Shown: piece by piece, positions 14,193-29,851 of the stretch | Layout: every line of letters begins with the position of its first letter | How positions within the stretch are numbered: position 1 is the stretch's first letter | DNA from: Eledone cirrhosa | Lineage: Eukaryota | NCBI GenBank assembly: GCA_964016885.1 | Contig: OZ024743.1 | Location: 54,994,001-55,058,000 of the forward strand | DNA: 64,000 nt | Direction: 5' to 3' | Notes under the pieces: model-generated | What the model saw: only the letters and a program-made list of their open reading frames with translations | Told to the model about the DNA's origin: nothing | Database searches by the model: none | Translations under genes and position numbers: made by a program

Positions 14193-14317
14193 GTGTGTGT
14201 ATAGCAGAGTAATTTGTGGTGGCAGGGATGGTCAGTAAGAATGTGTCTGAAAGCAATGGGGGGTATTTTAGCATGTCAAAAGATATTTTTCAGCTTTTGT
14301 CTTATACGGAGAAGTGC

Positions 14318-14348
<31 letters not shown>

Positions 14349-14390
14349 AGTCTCTTTGTATGTTGATGTACGCGTGTGTATGTGTGTGTG

Positions 14391-14422
<32 letters not shown>

Positions 14423-14570
14423 GGTGGACCAGTATTTTTTTCCCCCTGGTAAAATGGTGTACATTATTCGATTTTTTCAGTAAAATCGGTTCTCTTAATA
14501 GAACATCAAAAATCTTAACAAAAAAAGGTGTGAAATGATATTCACTATATATATATAGACACACATATAT

Positions 14571-14608
<38 letters not shown>

Positions 14609-14748
14609 TACATATATATATGCACATATATTTTTTTGTGTTGCACCATAGAGCATGTGTGTTTACGTATGTCATTGTGTTTATATGTGGGTAGAGATGT
14701 GTGCTGATGTAGCTATGTATGTTGACGTGTGTATGTTGTGGGTTCGTC

Positions 14749-15400
14749 TTAGGGAGAAGTGTTTAGACGGGGTCCGTATTTGTTAATGAAGTAAGATTCC
14801 TTGCTGATGCGCTGGGTGTGGGTGGCATTATCTTTAAATTTGTAGAGGGGAAAGATTCTGAAGTTGGGATGATTTTGGGCGGCACAGGTATCAATGTGTT
14901 CACTCAGTGGTATTTTCCTGTATTCCCGTATTTTGATTTGGGATCTATAGAAAGTCATGATTTGGCGGAGGCTGTTTTTGGTCTGGCCTATGTATTGTTC
15001 TCGACAACCTGAACAAGTTAATACATATATTAGATTTTCCGATGCACATGTGAAATTGTGTTTTACTATAAAACGTTGTCCATCTTTGAAATAGAATTCC
15101 GAACCCTCTATTAGGTTGATGCAAATGCCACAGTTGGGTCTATCGCATTTTTTTACTGTGGGTTTCGTTGTTGTGGTTGGCAGTACTTTGGCATGTGTTA
15201 AGATGTTTTTCATTGACTTGGATTGTCTTTTGCTCTTTATGATATCGTGTGTTCGTAGAATTTGGTTCATTCTATGGTCCTTTTTCAATACAGGTGCATC
15301 GGAAATCTAATATATGTATTAACTTGTTCGTAGAATGTGGTTCATTCTATGGTCCTTTTTCAATACAGGTGCATCGGAAATCTAATATATGTATTAACTT
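14749..15400 (-). pseudogene. PLE GIY-YIG endonuclease fragment
   Basis: KCDRPNCGIC...FTCASENLIYVLTCSGCREQYIGQTKNSLR...PLSEHIDTC...RISKESYFINKYGPRLN: PLE cysteine linker plus GIY-YIG. A 75-bp tandem duplication lies at 15250-15400. Confidence 0.88.
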
Positions 15401-15459
15401 GCACCATCACAAATACCATCACATGCACCAATATATACACCGACGGTACCACAAACATT

Positions 15460-17385
15460 ACCCCACTAATACCACCATCACCACCACAAACAATACCACA
15501 TATACTACCGCCTATACTACCACTACCACCACCACCACAAACAATACCACCTATACTACCACCACCACCACCACAAACAATACCACCTATACTAAAACTA
15601 CCACCACCACCACAACAACAACAATACCACCTATACTACACCACCACCACCACCACCACAAACAATACCACCTATACTACCACTACCACCGCCAACACCA
15701 CCAGCAACAGCACCAGCACCGCCTCCACCACAAACAATACCACCTATACTACCACTACCACCACCACCACCACCACCACCACAAACAATACCACCTATAC
15801 TACCACTACCACCACCACCACCAGCACAAACAATACCACCTATACTACCACTACCACCACCACCACTACCACCACCACCACCACCACCACAAACAATACC
15901 ACCTATACTACCACTACCACCACCACCACCACCACCACCACAAACAATACCACCTATACTACCACCACCACGACCACCACAAACAATACCACCTATACTA
16001 CCACTATCACCACCATCACCACCACAAACAATACAACCTATACTACCACTACCACCACCACCACCACCACCACAAACAATACCACCTATACTACCACTAC
16101 CACCACCACCACCCCCAGCGCACACCACCACAAACAATACCACCTATACTACCACTACCACCACCACCACCACCACCACCACCACAAACAATACCACCTA
16201 TACTACCACTACCATCACCACCACCACCACCACCACCACCTCCACCACAAACAATACCACCTATACTACCACTACCACCACCACCACCACAAACAATACC
16301 ACCTATACTACCACTACCACCACCACCACCACCACCACAAACAATACCACCTATACTACCACTACCACCACCACCACCACTACCACCACCACAAACAATA
16401 CCACCTATACTACCACCACCACGACCACCACAAACAATACCACCTATACTACCACTACCACCACCACCACCACCACCACAAACAATACCACCTATACTAC
16501 CACTACCACCACCACCCCCAGCGCACACCACCACAAACAATACCACCTATACTACCACTACCACCACCACCACCACCACCACAAACAATACCACCTATAC
16601 TACCACTACCACCACCACCCCCAGCGCACACCACCACAAACAATACCACCTATACTACCACTACCACCACCACCACCACCACCACCACCAGCGCCACCAC
16701 CACAAACAATACCACCTATACTACCACTACCACCACCACCACCACCACCACCACCAGCGCCACCACCACAAACAATACCACCTATACTACCACCACCACC
16801 ACCACCACCACCACCACCACCACCACCACCACCACCAGCAGCGCCACCACCACAAACAATACCACCTATACTACCACTACTACCACCACCACCACCACCA
16901 CCAGCGCCACCACCACAAACAATACCACCTATATTACCACTATCACTACCACCACCACCAGCGCTACCACCACAAACAATACCACCTATACTACCACTAC
17001 TACCACCACCACCACCACCACCACCACCACCACCACCACCACCACCACCACCACCACCACCAGCGCCACCACCACAAACAATACCACCTATACTACCACT
17101 ACTACCACCACCACCACCACCACCAGCGCCACCACCACAAACAATACCACCTATACTACCACTACTACCACCACCACCACCACCACCAGCGCCACCACCA
17201 CAAACAATACCACCTATACTACCACTACTACCACCACCACCACCACCAGCGCCACCACCACAAACAATACCACCTATACTACCACTACTACCACCACCAC
17301 CACCACCACCACCACCACCACCAGCGCCACCACCACAAACAATACCATCTATACTACCACTACCATCAACACCACCACCAACACC
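15460..17385. repeat. Compound (ACC)n minisatellite
   Basis: Constant core CCACAAACAATACCACCTATACTA alternates with variable-length (CCA)n. Later units add AGCGCC. Confidence 0.95.
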
Positions 17386-17682
17386 AAAGACCAGTTACAG
17401 TGCAACAGATAGATTTGATTTCTCTCTCTCATTCTCTCACTCTCTCTCACTCTCTCTCACTCACTCTCTCACTCTCTCTCTCTCACTCTCTCTCACTCGC
17501 TCTCTCACTCCCTCTCATTCTCTCTCACTCACTCTCTCAATCTCTCTCTCTCTCTCTCACTCATTCATTCACTCACTCACTCACTCTCTCTCTTTCTCTC
17601 TTTCTCTCCCTCACTCTCTCTCTCACTCGCTCTCTCTCTCAATACCCTCCCCTCTTCCTCTCACCAAAACATTGCTAAATTA

Positions 17683-18200
17683 AACACTAAAATTCTAAAG
17701 CAGAATCAGCACAATGATCTTAATAATAGTGTTAACATAAATAATAATAAACCAAAATGTAATTGTAGAAATAAAATTGATTGCTCTCTGCAAAATAATT
17801 GTTTGGATAGTAATTTGGTGTATAAAGTAAAAACTGATTACAACACATACAACTACATAGGATCGACTTCTTCTACATTTAAAGCTAGATTTGCGAATCA
17901 TAAATGCTCTTTTTCGAATTCCAATAGGAGATCATCCACTTCTTTATCATAGCTTGTATGGTCATTAAAAGATAAGAATTTAAAATACTCCATATTTTGG
18001 ACGAAACTTCGTAATAGTGGAGTTTACCGCAACTCAAGTATACAAGTACTGTACGCTTTGTACAATGGAGACCCTTTTGATTATTAATAATTATGAGACC
18101 TTAATTAACAAAAAAAGTGAATTATTCTCAAACTGCCTTCATAAAGCCTTGTCTACATTCCAAGCCTCCCATAAGATCAGGAAAAAACAGTAAGCAACCA
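17683..18200 (+). pseudogene. PLE GIY-YIG endonuclease fragment (not in the ORF track)
   Basis: Manual translation: KPKCNCRNKIDCSLQNNCLDSNLVYKVKTDYNTYNYIGSTSSTFKARFANHKCSF...(stop, frameshift)...YCTLCTMETLLI...LINKKSELFSNCLHK. Confidence 0.88.
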
Positions 18201-18680
18201 AACTTGGTTTTTAGACGTACATCATCAACAGTTGAAAACCTTAATGGCTTATAAAACATTAATATTGCTTTATCTTATAATCCTCTATAAAGGAAATAAC
18301 GTGTGAATGAATAATATTTGTTTAATAACATGCTGGCACGTTGATATACATAAAATATGGTTTTTTGAATATTATTAACTTTGATCCATACCTTTATCTC
18401 TCTATCTTTATTTTTCTATCTCTGTTTTAAATATAGTTTAAATATCTAACCTGTACATTTTTACGGACCTTATTTTGAACTGTTGATCATTGATGCGTTT
18501 ACACTTTTTTTTATATATATGTATGTATTCAACTTTACAATGTGTTCAACTTGTACAATAACATAATCCTTATTTAGAGTTCATTCTTCCCTTGAAGGTA
18601 GAACTAATATAGTGATTTAATATAATATAATAAATATTAATTTATTACGATAAATGCACACATACACACACACACATATA

Positions 18681-18769
<89 letters not shown>

Positions 18770-19462
18770 CTGAAAACTCTGCGTTAATTATTATACTTTA
18801 GACAATGTATCTACTTGACAATAAATTCCTTGATATTTCTAACAGTAAGTACGTCATAAATTATACATACCGAAAATGTTGACACTGTTATAGGTAATTT
18901 TGTCAAAGATTACATTTAAGTGAATATTGATCAGTGTATATTTTTCTTTCGCCGGCCTAGTAAATCCTTTAAATTTGTTTTCATAAAACTTAGAATTTGA
19001 GAATGTAACACATTTAAACATTTTTATAAAATTTATAAAATTAATATAAATAACCATCAACTTTTAAATCCTAAAATTTTGATTCTTCTTAATTAAATAT
19101 TAAATATTTTGAAATTTAACCGCTAAGTCTATATGTGAAAAAAATGTTTGCATAAATTAGTCCCCTTTATCTTTCCCTCTCTTTAATTATCTATCGGTTG
19201 CTTTCTCAAGCCAAAAACAGTAATAAAATTATAACTCCAGAGACGTCTTCCTCTATAATCCTAATTTGTATTAGCCCAGATTTGAAAAACTCTATAACTG
19301 TTACATTAAAGCAATGTCTTTCTTACTCATGCCTTCTCTATTGATTCTATTAAGTTTTCGCATGTTCTCATTATTAGGGTATAAATGTTGAGTTTTCTCA
19401 TAAGTTAATCACTACCTTGATTACATCTTAACCATTTAACATCTCAGGGTATGTCATGTATC

Positions 19463-19520
19463 ATTTTAATATATCTGATGAGGACGTACTATTGTACCTC
19501 TGAAATATGTATAATAAAAT
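19463..19520 (+). ncRNA. Type I hammerhead motif (family G)
   Basis: CTGATGA (19475) ggacGTAC tatt GTACctct GAAA tatgtata ataaaa. Confidence 0.65.
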
Positions 19521-19587
19521 TTAATTGATCACAAGAACATCTATTTTATTAATATTTGTATTTTAATAATTTTAATATATATATATG

Positions 19588-19662
<75 letters not shown>

Positions 19663-19708
19663 CTCCCACTCTCTACCTATCTATCAATCTATCTATCTCT
19701 TTATATAT

Positions 19709-19814
<106 letters not shown>

Positions 19815-19862
19815 ATATTTCTCCCGCTCTCTACCTATCTATCAATCTATCTATCTCTTTAT

Positions 19863-19993
<131 letters not shown>

Positions 19994-20095
19994 ATTATAA
20001 ATAATTATAAACACATCACTGCCCAGGCAGCTTCCTAATTTAATGGTCGCTTATATTATGGTACGTCAAAATTATTTATAAAACTGTTTATATAT

Positions 20096-20165
20096 TGTAT
20101 TTTATCTGACGAAGGCATGCCATATTTTTAATATGGTATCCCTGAAATATGTATAATGAAGTAAA
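20096..20165 (+). ncRNA. Type I hammerhead motif (family G)
   Basis: TATTTTAT CTGACGA aGG.ATGCCATAT tttta ATATGGTAT.CCt GAAA TATGTATA ATGAAGTA. Relatives at 30663, 40911 and 61419. Confidence 0.75.
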
Positions 20166-20230
20166 TATGGTTTTATAAATATAATTTCCCTTTGTTTAAT
20201 ATCGTATATATATATATATATATATATATG

Positions 20231-20296
<66 letters not shown>

Positions 20297-20584
20297 CAAA
20301 TAACGAAACGAAATTAAATTTCGTTTCGTTTGTAACTCACTTTTGTATGACTGACGCTTAAACAATTAAGTTAAAAATGTACATCCACATATGTATACTG
20401 AAATACTAGTATGCATATGAATACACACACGTATACATATGTAGATGTACCGAGTTTTTCACTGGTCACTTTACTGTGAGTGTCCAGCTATTCTGTATGT
20501 AAACACACAGACAAACCGGTTTTTAGAGTCATACTGGTTTTTGAGGAAACACCTTTCCTCTATTCTCCAGAAAGCCAGACAAGG

Positions 20585-20629
20585 AATATTGAACTAGTTT
20601 CGATGTTGTTACATCTCATCAGCAATATT
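20585..20629 (-). ncRNA. Minimal type I hammerhead, array unit 1
   Basis: Reverse complement: AATATTG CTGATGA GATGT aaca ACATC GAAA C TA GTT CAATATT. Seven-bp helix I, five-bp helix II, GUU triplet. Confidence 0.92.
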
Positions 20630-21050
20630 TACCTATCTTCCGGCCTCTCTAGAGAATCGTAAAAGCACATATCGTTATATGCTTTTTCTATGAAAATTAG
20701 TAGTGAGCAGACTAATTTGCATAGAGCGTGAGTATGTACCGGTTCAACGGAGACGATAAAAACAAATAACGAAACGAAATTAAATTTCGTTTCGTTTGTA
20801 ACTCACTTTTGTATGACTGACGCTTAAACAATTAAGTTAAAAATGTACATCCACATATGTATACTGAAATACTAGTATGCATATGAATACACACACGTAT
20901 ACATATGTAGATGTACCGAGTTTTTCACTGGTCACTTTACTGTGAGTGTCCAGCTATTCTGTATGTAAACACACAGACAAACCGGTTTTTAGAGTCATAC
21001 TGGTTTTTGAGGAAACACCTTTCCTCTATTCTCCAGAAAGCCAGACAAGG

Positions 21051-21095
21051 AATATTGAACTAGTTTCGATGTTGTTACATCTCATCAGCAATATT
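21051..21095 (-). ncRNA. Minimal type I hammerhead, array unit 2
   Basis: Identical to 20585-20629. Confidence 0.92.
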
Positions 21096-21516
21096 TACCT
21101 ATCTTCCGGCCTCTCTAGAGAATCGTAAAAGCACATATCGTTATATGCTTTTTCTATGAAAATTAGTAGTGAGCAGACTAATTTGCATAGAGCGTGAGTA
21201 TGTACCGGTTCAACGGAGACGATAAAAACAAATAACGAAACGAAATTAAATTTCGTTTCGTTTGTAACTCACTTTTGTATGACTGACGCTTAAACAATTA
21301 AGTTAAAAATGTACATCCACATATGTATACTGAAATACTAGTATGCATATGAATACACACACGTATACATATGTAGATGTACCGAGTTTTTTACTGGTCA
21401 CTTTACTGTGAGTGTCCAGCTATTCTGTATGTAAACACACAGACAAACCGGTTTTTAGAGTCATACTGGTTTTTGAGGAAACACCTTTCCTCTATTCTCC
21501 AGAAAGCCAGACAAGG

Positions 21517-21561
21517 AATATTGAACTAGTTTCGATGTTGTTACATCTCATCAGCAATATT
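21517..21561 (-). ncRNA. Minimal type I hammerhead, array unit 3
   Basis: Identical to 20585-20629. Confidence 0.92.
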
Positions 21562-21871
21562 TACCTATCTTCCGGCCTCTCTAGAGAATCGTAAAAGCAC
21601 ATATCGTTATATGCTTTTTCTATGAAAATTAGTAGTGGGCAGACTAATTTGCATAGAGCGTGAGTATGTACCGGTTCAACGGAGACGATAAAAACAAATA
21701 ACGAAACGAAATTAAATTTCGTTTCGTTTGTAACTCACTTTTGTATGACTGACGCTTAAACAATTAAGTTAAAAATGTACATCCACATATGCATACTGAA
21801 ATACTAGTGTGTATATGAATACACACACGTATACATATGTAGATGTACCGAGTTTTTCACTGGTCACTTTA

Positions 21872-21935
<64 letters not shown>

Positions 21936-22033
21936 CTCCCTCTCTCTACCTATCTATCTATCTCTTTATATATATCTATTTATGTATCTCTATCTTTTTA
22001 CCTACTTCTATCTGTATCTCAATCTTTCTATCT

Positions 22034-22067
<34 letters not shown>

Positions 22068-22089
22068 GCATAACTCTCTAGTACATACA

Positions 22090-25000
22090 CACTACCACAA
22101 CCGACCCCCCCCCTCCAATAACCACACCACCACCACCACCACCTCCACCAAAACTATCAATAACCATACTACCACAATTACAACCACCAATAACCATACC
22201 ACCACCACCATCACCAATAACCGCACCACCACCACGACCACCACCTCCACCAACACTATCAATAACCATACCACCACCACCATCACAATAACCATACCAC
22301 CACCACCATCACCAATAACCGCACCACCACCACGACCACCACCTCCACCAACACTATCAATAACCATACCACCACCACCATCACAATAACCATACCACCA
22401 CCACCATCACCAATAACCGCACCACCACCACGACCACCACCTCCACCAACACTATCAATAACGATACCACCACCACCATCACAATAACCATACCACCACC
22501 ACCATCACCAATAACCGCACCACCACCACGACCACCACTTCCACCAACACTATCAATAACCACACCACCACCACCATCACAATAACCATACCACCACCAC
22601 CATCACCAATAACCGCACCACCACCACGACCACCACCTCCACCAACACTATCAATAACCATACCACCACAATTACCACCACCAATAACCACACCACCACC
22701 ACCACCAATAACCACACCACCACCACCACCAATAACCACACCACCACCACCACCACCAATAACCACACCACCACCACCATCACAATAACCACACCACCAC
22801 CACCATCACCAATAACCGCACCACCACCAACATCACAATAACCACACCACCACCACCATCACAATAACCGCACCACCATCACCAATAACCACACCACCAC
22901 CATCACAATAACCACACCACCACCACCATCACAATAACCACACCACCACCACCATCACAATAACCGCACCACCACCACCATCACAATAACCACACCACCA
23001 CCAGCATCACAATAACCACACCACCACCACCATCACAATAACCACACCACCACCACCATCACCAATAACCGCCCCACCACCACCATCACAATAACCGCAC
23101 CACCACCACCATCACAATAACCACACCACCACCACCATCACAATAACCACACCACCACCACCACCATCACAATAACCACACCACCACCACCATCACAATA
23201 ACCACACCACCACCACCATCACAATAACCGCACCACCCCCATACCAATAACCACAACACCACCACCACCACCATCACAATAACCACACCACCACCACCAT
23301 CACAATAACCACACCACCACCACCACCATCACAATAACCGCACCACCACCACCATCACCAATAACCACACCACCACCATCACAATAACCGCACCACCACC
23401 ACCATCACAATAACCGCACCACCACCACCATCACAATAACCACACCACCACCACCATCATCACAGTAACCACACCACCACCACCACCATCACAATAACCA
23501 CACCACCACCACCATCACAATAACCGCACCACCACCATACCAATAACCACAACACCACCACCACCACCACCACCAATAACCACAACACCACCACCATCAC
23601 CAATAACCACACCACCACCACCATCACAATAACCACACCACCACCACCATCACCAATAACCACACCACCACCACCATCACCAATAACCACACCACCACCA
23701 CCATTTACCAATAACCACACCGCCACCACCATCACAATAACCACACCACCACCACCATCACCAATAACCACACCACCACCATCACAATAACCGCACCACC
23801 ACCACCATCACAATAACCGCACCACCACCACCATCACCAATAACCACACCACCATCACAATAACCACACCACCACCACCATCACAATAACCACACCACCA
23901 CCACCATCACAATAACCGCACCACCACCACCATCACCAATAACCACACCACCATCACAATAACCACAGCACCACCACCACAATAACCACACCACCACCAT
24001 CACAATAACCGCACCACCACCACCACCAATAACCACAACACCACCACCACCAACAACCCTATTACCACCACCATCACCAATAATCAAACCACCACCACCA
24101 TCACCAATAACCACACCACCACCACCACCACCACCACCAATAACCACACCACCACCACCACCACCAATAACCACACCACCACCACCATCACCAATAATCA
24201 AACCACCACCACCATCACCAAAAACCACACCACCACCACCACCACCAATAACCACACCACCACCACCATCACCAATAATCAAACCACCACCACCATCATC
24301 ATCAATAACCATACCAGCATCGCCACCATCACCAATAACCACACCACCACCACCACCACCACCATCAACAACAATCACATCACTACCACCACCACCTCCC
24401 CCATCACTACCAATAACCACACCGCCACCACCATCATAATAACCACACCACCACCACCATCACCAATAACCACACCACCACCATCACCAATAACCACACC
24501 ACCACCATCACCAATAATCAAACCACCACCACCATCATCATCAATAACCATACCAGCATCGCCACCATCACCAATAACCACACCACCACCACCACCACCA
24601 TCAACAACAATCACATCACTACCACCACCACCTCCCCCATCACTACCAATAACCACACCGCCATCACCATCACCAATAACCACACCACCACCGCCACCAT
24701 CACCAATAACCACACCACCACCACCACCACCATCACTACCAATAACCACACCGCCATCACCATCACCAATAACCACACCACCACCATCACCAATAACCAC
24801 ACCACCACCACCACCATCAACAACAATCACATCACTACTACCACCACCATCACCATCACCACCAATAACCACCCAACCACCATTAACCACACCACCATCA
24901 CCATCACCAATAACCACATCATTACCACCACCACCAAACGTACATCCAATAACCACACCACCACCATCACCAATAACCACACCACCACCATCACCAATAA

Positions 25001-25927
25001 TAACACCACCACAACAACCACCACTTCCATCAATAACCATACCACTACCACCACCATCACCCATAACCACACCGCCACCACTATCACCAATAAACCACAT
25101 CACCACCACCATCATCACCAAAAACCACATCACCACCACCATCAATAACCACACCACCACCACCACCACCACCACCACTACCACCATCACCACCACCACC
25201 ACCATCACCAATAACCACACCACCACCACCATCACCAATAATCGCACCATCACCATCATCACCAATAATCGCACCACCACCACCACCACCAACACCGCCA
25301 CCACCATCAATAACCACCACCACCATCATCAATAATCACACCACCACCACCATCAATCACCACACCGCCACCAACACTAACACCAACAACTACACCACCA
25401 CCAATATCATCACCAATAACCACACCGCCATGCACCAATAATCACTCCACCAACACCATCAATAACCACACCACCACAACCACCACCACCATCACCAATA
25501 ACCACACCACCACCACCATCACCAATAACCACATCACCACCACCATCACCAATAATCACACCACCACCACCACCACCACCACCACCACCACCACCACCAC
25601 CACCACCACCACCACCACCACCAGCACCAGCACCACCACCACCACCAGCACCACCACCACCATCACCACCACCACCACCACCAGCACCATCACCACCACC
25701 TCCACCACCACCAGTACCACCACCACCACCACCACCACCAGCACCACCACCACCATCACCACCACCACCACCACCACCAGCACCATCACCACCACCACCT
25801 CCACCACCACCACCACCACCACCACCACCACCACCACCACCAGTACCACCACCACCACCACCACCATCACCACCACCACCTCCACCACCACCACCACCAC
25901 CACCACCAGCACCAGCACCACCACCAC

Positions 25928-25958
<31 letters not shown>

Positions 25959-26475
25959 ACCACCACCACCACCACCACCACCACCACCAGTACCACCACC
26001 ACCACCACCACCACCAGCACCCCCACCACCACCACCACCACCACCACCACCACCATCACCACCACCACCACCACCACCACCACCACCACCACCACCACCA
26101 CCAGTACCACCACCACCACCACCACCACCAGCACCACCACCACCATCACCACCACCACCACCACCACCAGCACCATCACCACCACCACCTCCACCACCAC
26201 CACCACCACCAGTACCACCACCACCACCACCACCACCACCACCAGTACCACCACCACCACCACCACCACCACCATCACCACCACCACCTCCACCACCACC
26301 ACCACCACCACCACCAGTACCACCACCACCACCACCACCACCAGCACCACCACCACCATCACCACCAGCACCATCACCACCACCACCTCCATCACCACCA
26401 CCACCACCACCACCAGTACCACCACCACCACCACCACCACCACCAGTACCACCACCACCACCACCTGCACCAGCA
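22090..26475. repeat. 4.4-kb compound (ACC)n array
   Basis: ATCAC(C)AATAACC(A/G)C cores separated by (ACC)n, grading into nearly pure (ACC)n with GTA/GCA/ATC interruptions after ~25560. Confidence 0.95.
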
Positions 26476-26974
26476 AACACCAGTTACGCTACACCAGAAT
26501 TACAGCATTAAACTCTATATATTTATTTATGAATAGATTTAGGTCTGAAGCAGCAGTTATGATAAGTCTTAGACGTACGTCTCTAGTGGCGGCAACTGTG
26601 AAATTTATGTTGTAGTGTCAGAATGCCACAAGTAAATAGTTACACTTTAGACATTGCTTCAAGTTGACTTCCCCTGGGGTATGGGAACAATTCCTATATT
26701 TGCGGTGAGATATTATTAAATTTGACAGCCGAGGAAGGGTAGCACCGGGCGAACTAGCTTGTCACATGATTAACCATAGCAGTATCGTTTTACAGTTAAA
26801 TAAAACACGCCGTGTGTATAGGTGTATGTATACACATACACACATACACATACACACATATTAAAAGACAGCATACAGAGTTTACACATACGGTTACAAG
26901 TACACACATAACCGTTTATATAAACACAAAAACTCTTACATACGTATATGCAAGCTTAATACATACATGCATAC

Positions 26975-27077
<103 letters not shown>

Positions 27078-27235
27078 GCGTGTATGTGCCTGTATGATGT
27101 AGCGGGGAAGTATATATATGCATATATCTTCAAAATGTCTGACTAAACACACGTGCTTTCCTTCCATAAATATTTTCTTTGTTTCTTCCTTTTCTTAGTG
27201 TCGTCTATCTTTGTAATTTTTCTATCTCTCATTCT

Positions 27236-27290
27236 ACATTCTGAAGAAGGATTAACATCCGAAACTTGAAGTCTCTTTTCCTATTATATA
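27236..27290 (+). ncRNA. Hammerhead motif (same family as 7612-7655)
   Basis: CTGAAGA a GGAT taac ATCC GAAA c; helices I and III decayed. Confidence 0.6.
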
Positions 27291-27360
27291 AAGAGTTAAA
27301 CAATTATCTTCATTATAATATATCGTTCCCCTCTGATGTTTTGCCACGTTGACCTTTCGC

Positions 27361-27408
<48 letters not shown>

Positions 27409-27540
27409 GGTGTTGGGTGCTTAAAGCGTCCGTACGCGGGAGGCCGTATGAGCACTCGATGCTCTCATAGACCAGAGTATGATATCACAGAAAAAAGAGA
27501 ATCAGAGTTGCGACGAAAATCTGCTTCGTAGATTCAAAAC

Positions 27541-27630
27541 GTATCTGAGGACGTTGCGATTTTCAGAGTCAGGTTCGATCATCAAATCGATCGTGCCTCG
27601 AGCTGGTTGCCAGAGAAACGATTGTAATAT
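27541..27630 (+). ncRNA. Extended-helix-II hammerhead
   Basis: GTAT CTGAGGA [GAGTCAGGT..GATC..GATC..CCTCGAGCTG] GAAA CGATTG TA ATAT; homologous to 12777-12863. Confidence 0.6.
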
Positions 27631-28105
27631 ATCCAATAAATTCCATTCGTCGCAAATCTAATTCTCTTTTTTTCTGTGATATATATATCCGTCCCAGCGT
27701 TCTGTCCAGGTCAGTCTAAAATCTTTTCCTGAGTCCTGTATTTTCGTTGCTGTGGTAATGCGGCTGGACTGCCGACCGCTATATTTGATTTGCTAAGCTG
27801 TCTAAACGTATTGTTATTACTCTGGGGTAGTATTCCCATTCGAGTGCTAAAGCTACATACCGAATTTGCATTCGTTAGCTTGTTAATGCTGCAATATATA
27901 TATATATATATATATAGGAACAAGTAAGACCCCGACGGCTGAGCTCAAGCCGTTTCGACGGCTAATTCTGAACTGAATTAGCAGTCGAAACGGCTTGAGC
28001 TCAGCCGTCGGGGTCTTACTTGTTCCTATTACCCACTCTACTACCCTAAGTATTGAGTACTTTGGTGCGTTATGGTCCACCTGGTTCCTTACCACATTTC
28101 CTTCG

Positions 28106-28148
<43 letters not shown>

Positions 28149-28271
28149 TTTAAACTGTTATTTTAATAAATATTTGCTCTATGGTTCTTATATATTTGAT
28201 ATATATTTATCCATATCGAGCCCTCTTTGGATTTTAGTCTTCAAATTTATTATTATTACTATATATATATA

Positions 28272-28324
<53 letters not shown>

Positions 28325-28384
28325 TTGCGAGGCTTTTTATATGAAATCGTGTGTCGAAACAGATATTGTTATACTTGGGGAGGG

Positions 28385-29440
<1,056 letters not shown>

Positions 29441-29443
29441 ATA

Positions 29444-29486
<43 letters not shown>

Positions 29487-29489
29487 ATA

Positions 29490-29536
<47 letters not shown>

Positions 29537-29559
29537 ATATATATGTATATATATACATG

Positions 29560-29591
<32 letters not shown>

Positions 29592-29611
29592 TATGTAAAT
29601 ATATATACATG

Positions 29612-29709
<98 letters not shown>

Positions 29710-29725
29710 GATTTATATATATGTA

Positions 29726-29815
<90 letters not shown>

Positions 29816-29851
29816 GAAATATACACGGGTGTGTATGATTGTGTATAGAAG

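Larger units (their letters stand above)
20291..21874 (-). mobile_element. 466-bp HHR tandem array (3.4 units), retrozyme/PLE-pLTR-like
   Basis: Unit starts at 20291, 20757, 21223 and 21689; units nearly identical; one HHR per full unit; flanked by (TA)n. Confidence 0.9.

Noticed and set aside
15249-17678. 809-aa and 691-aa His/Thr/Pro-rich ORFs (mucin- or extensin-like)
   Set aside because: (ACC)n has no stops in several frames, and the translation flips between T-, H- and P-rich phases, showing no frame constraint. The starts lie in antisense PLE sequence.
20480-21594. Three identical 60-aa ORFs
   Set aside because: GTG-start by-products of the 466-bp tandem unit, antisense to the ribozyme, with no recognisable domain.
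23460-26480. Gly-rich and Val-rich minus-strand ORFs resembling structural proteins
   Set aside because: Translation of (GGT)n. Frequent frame-breaking unit variants and no splice or signal-peptide context.
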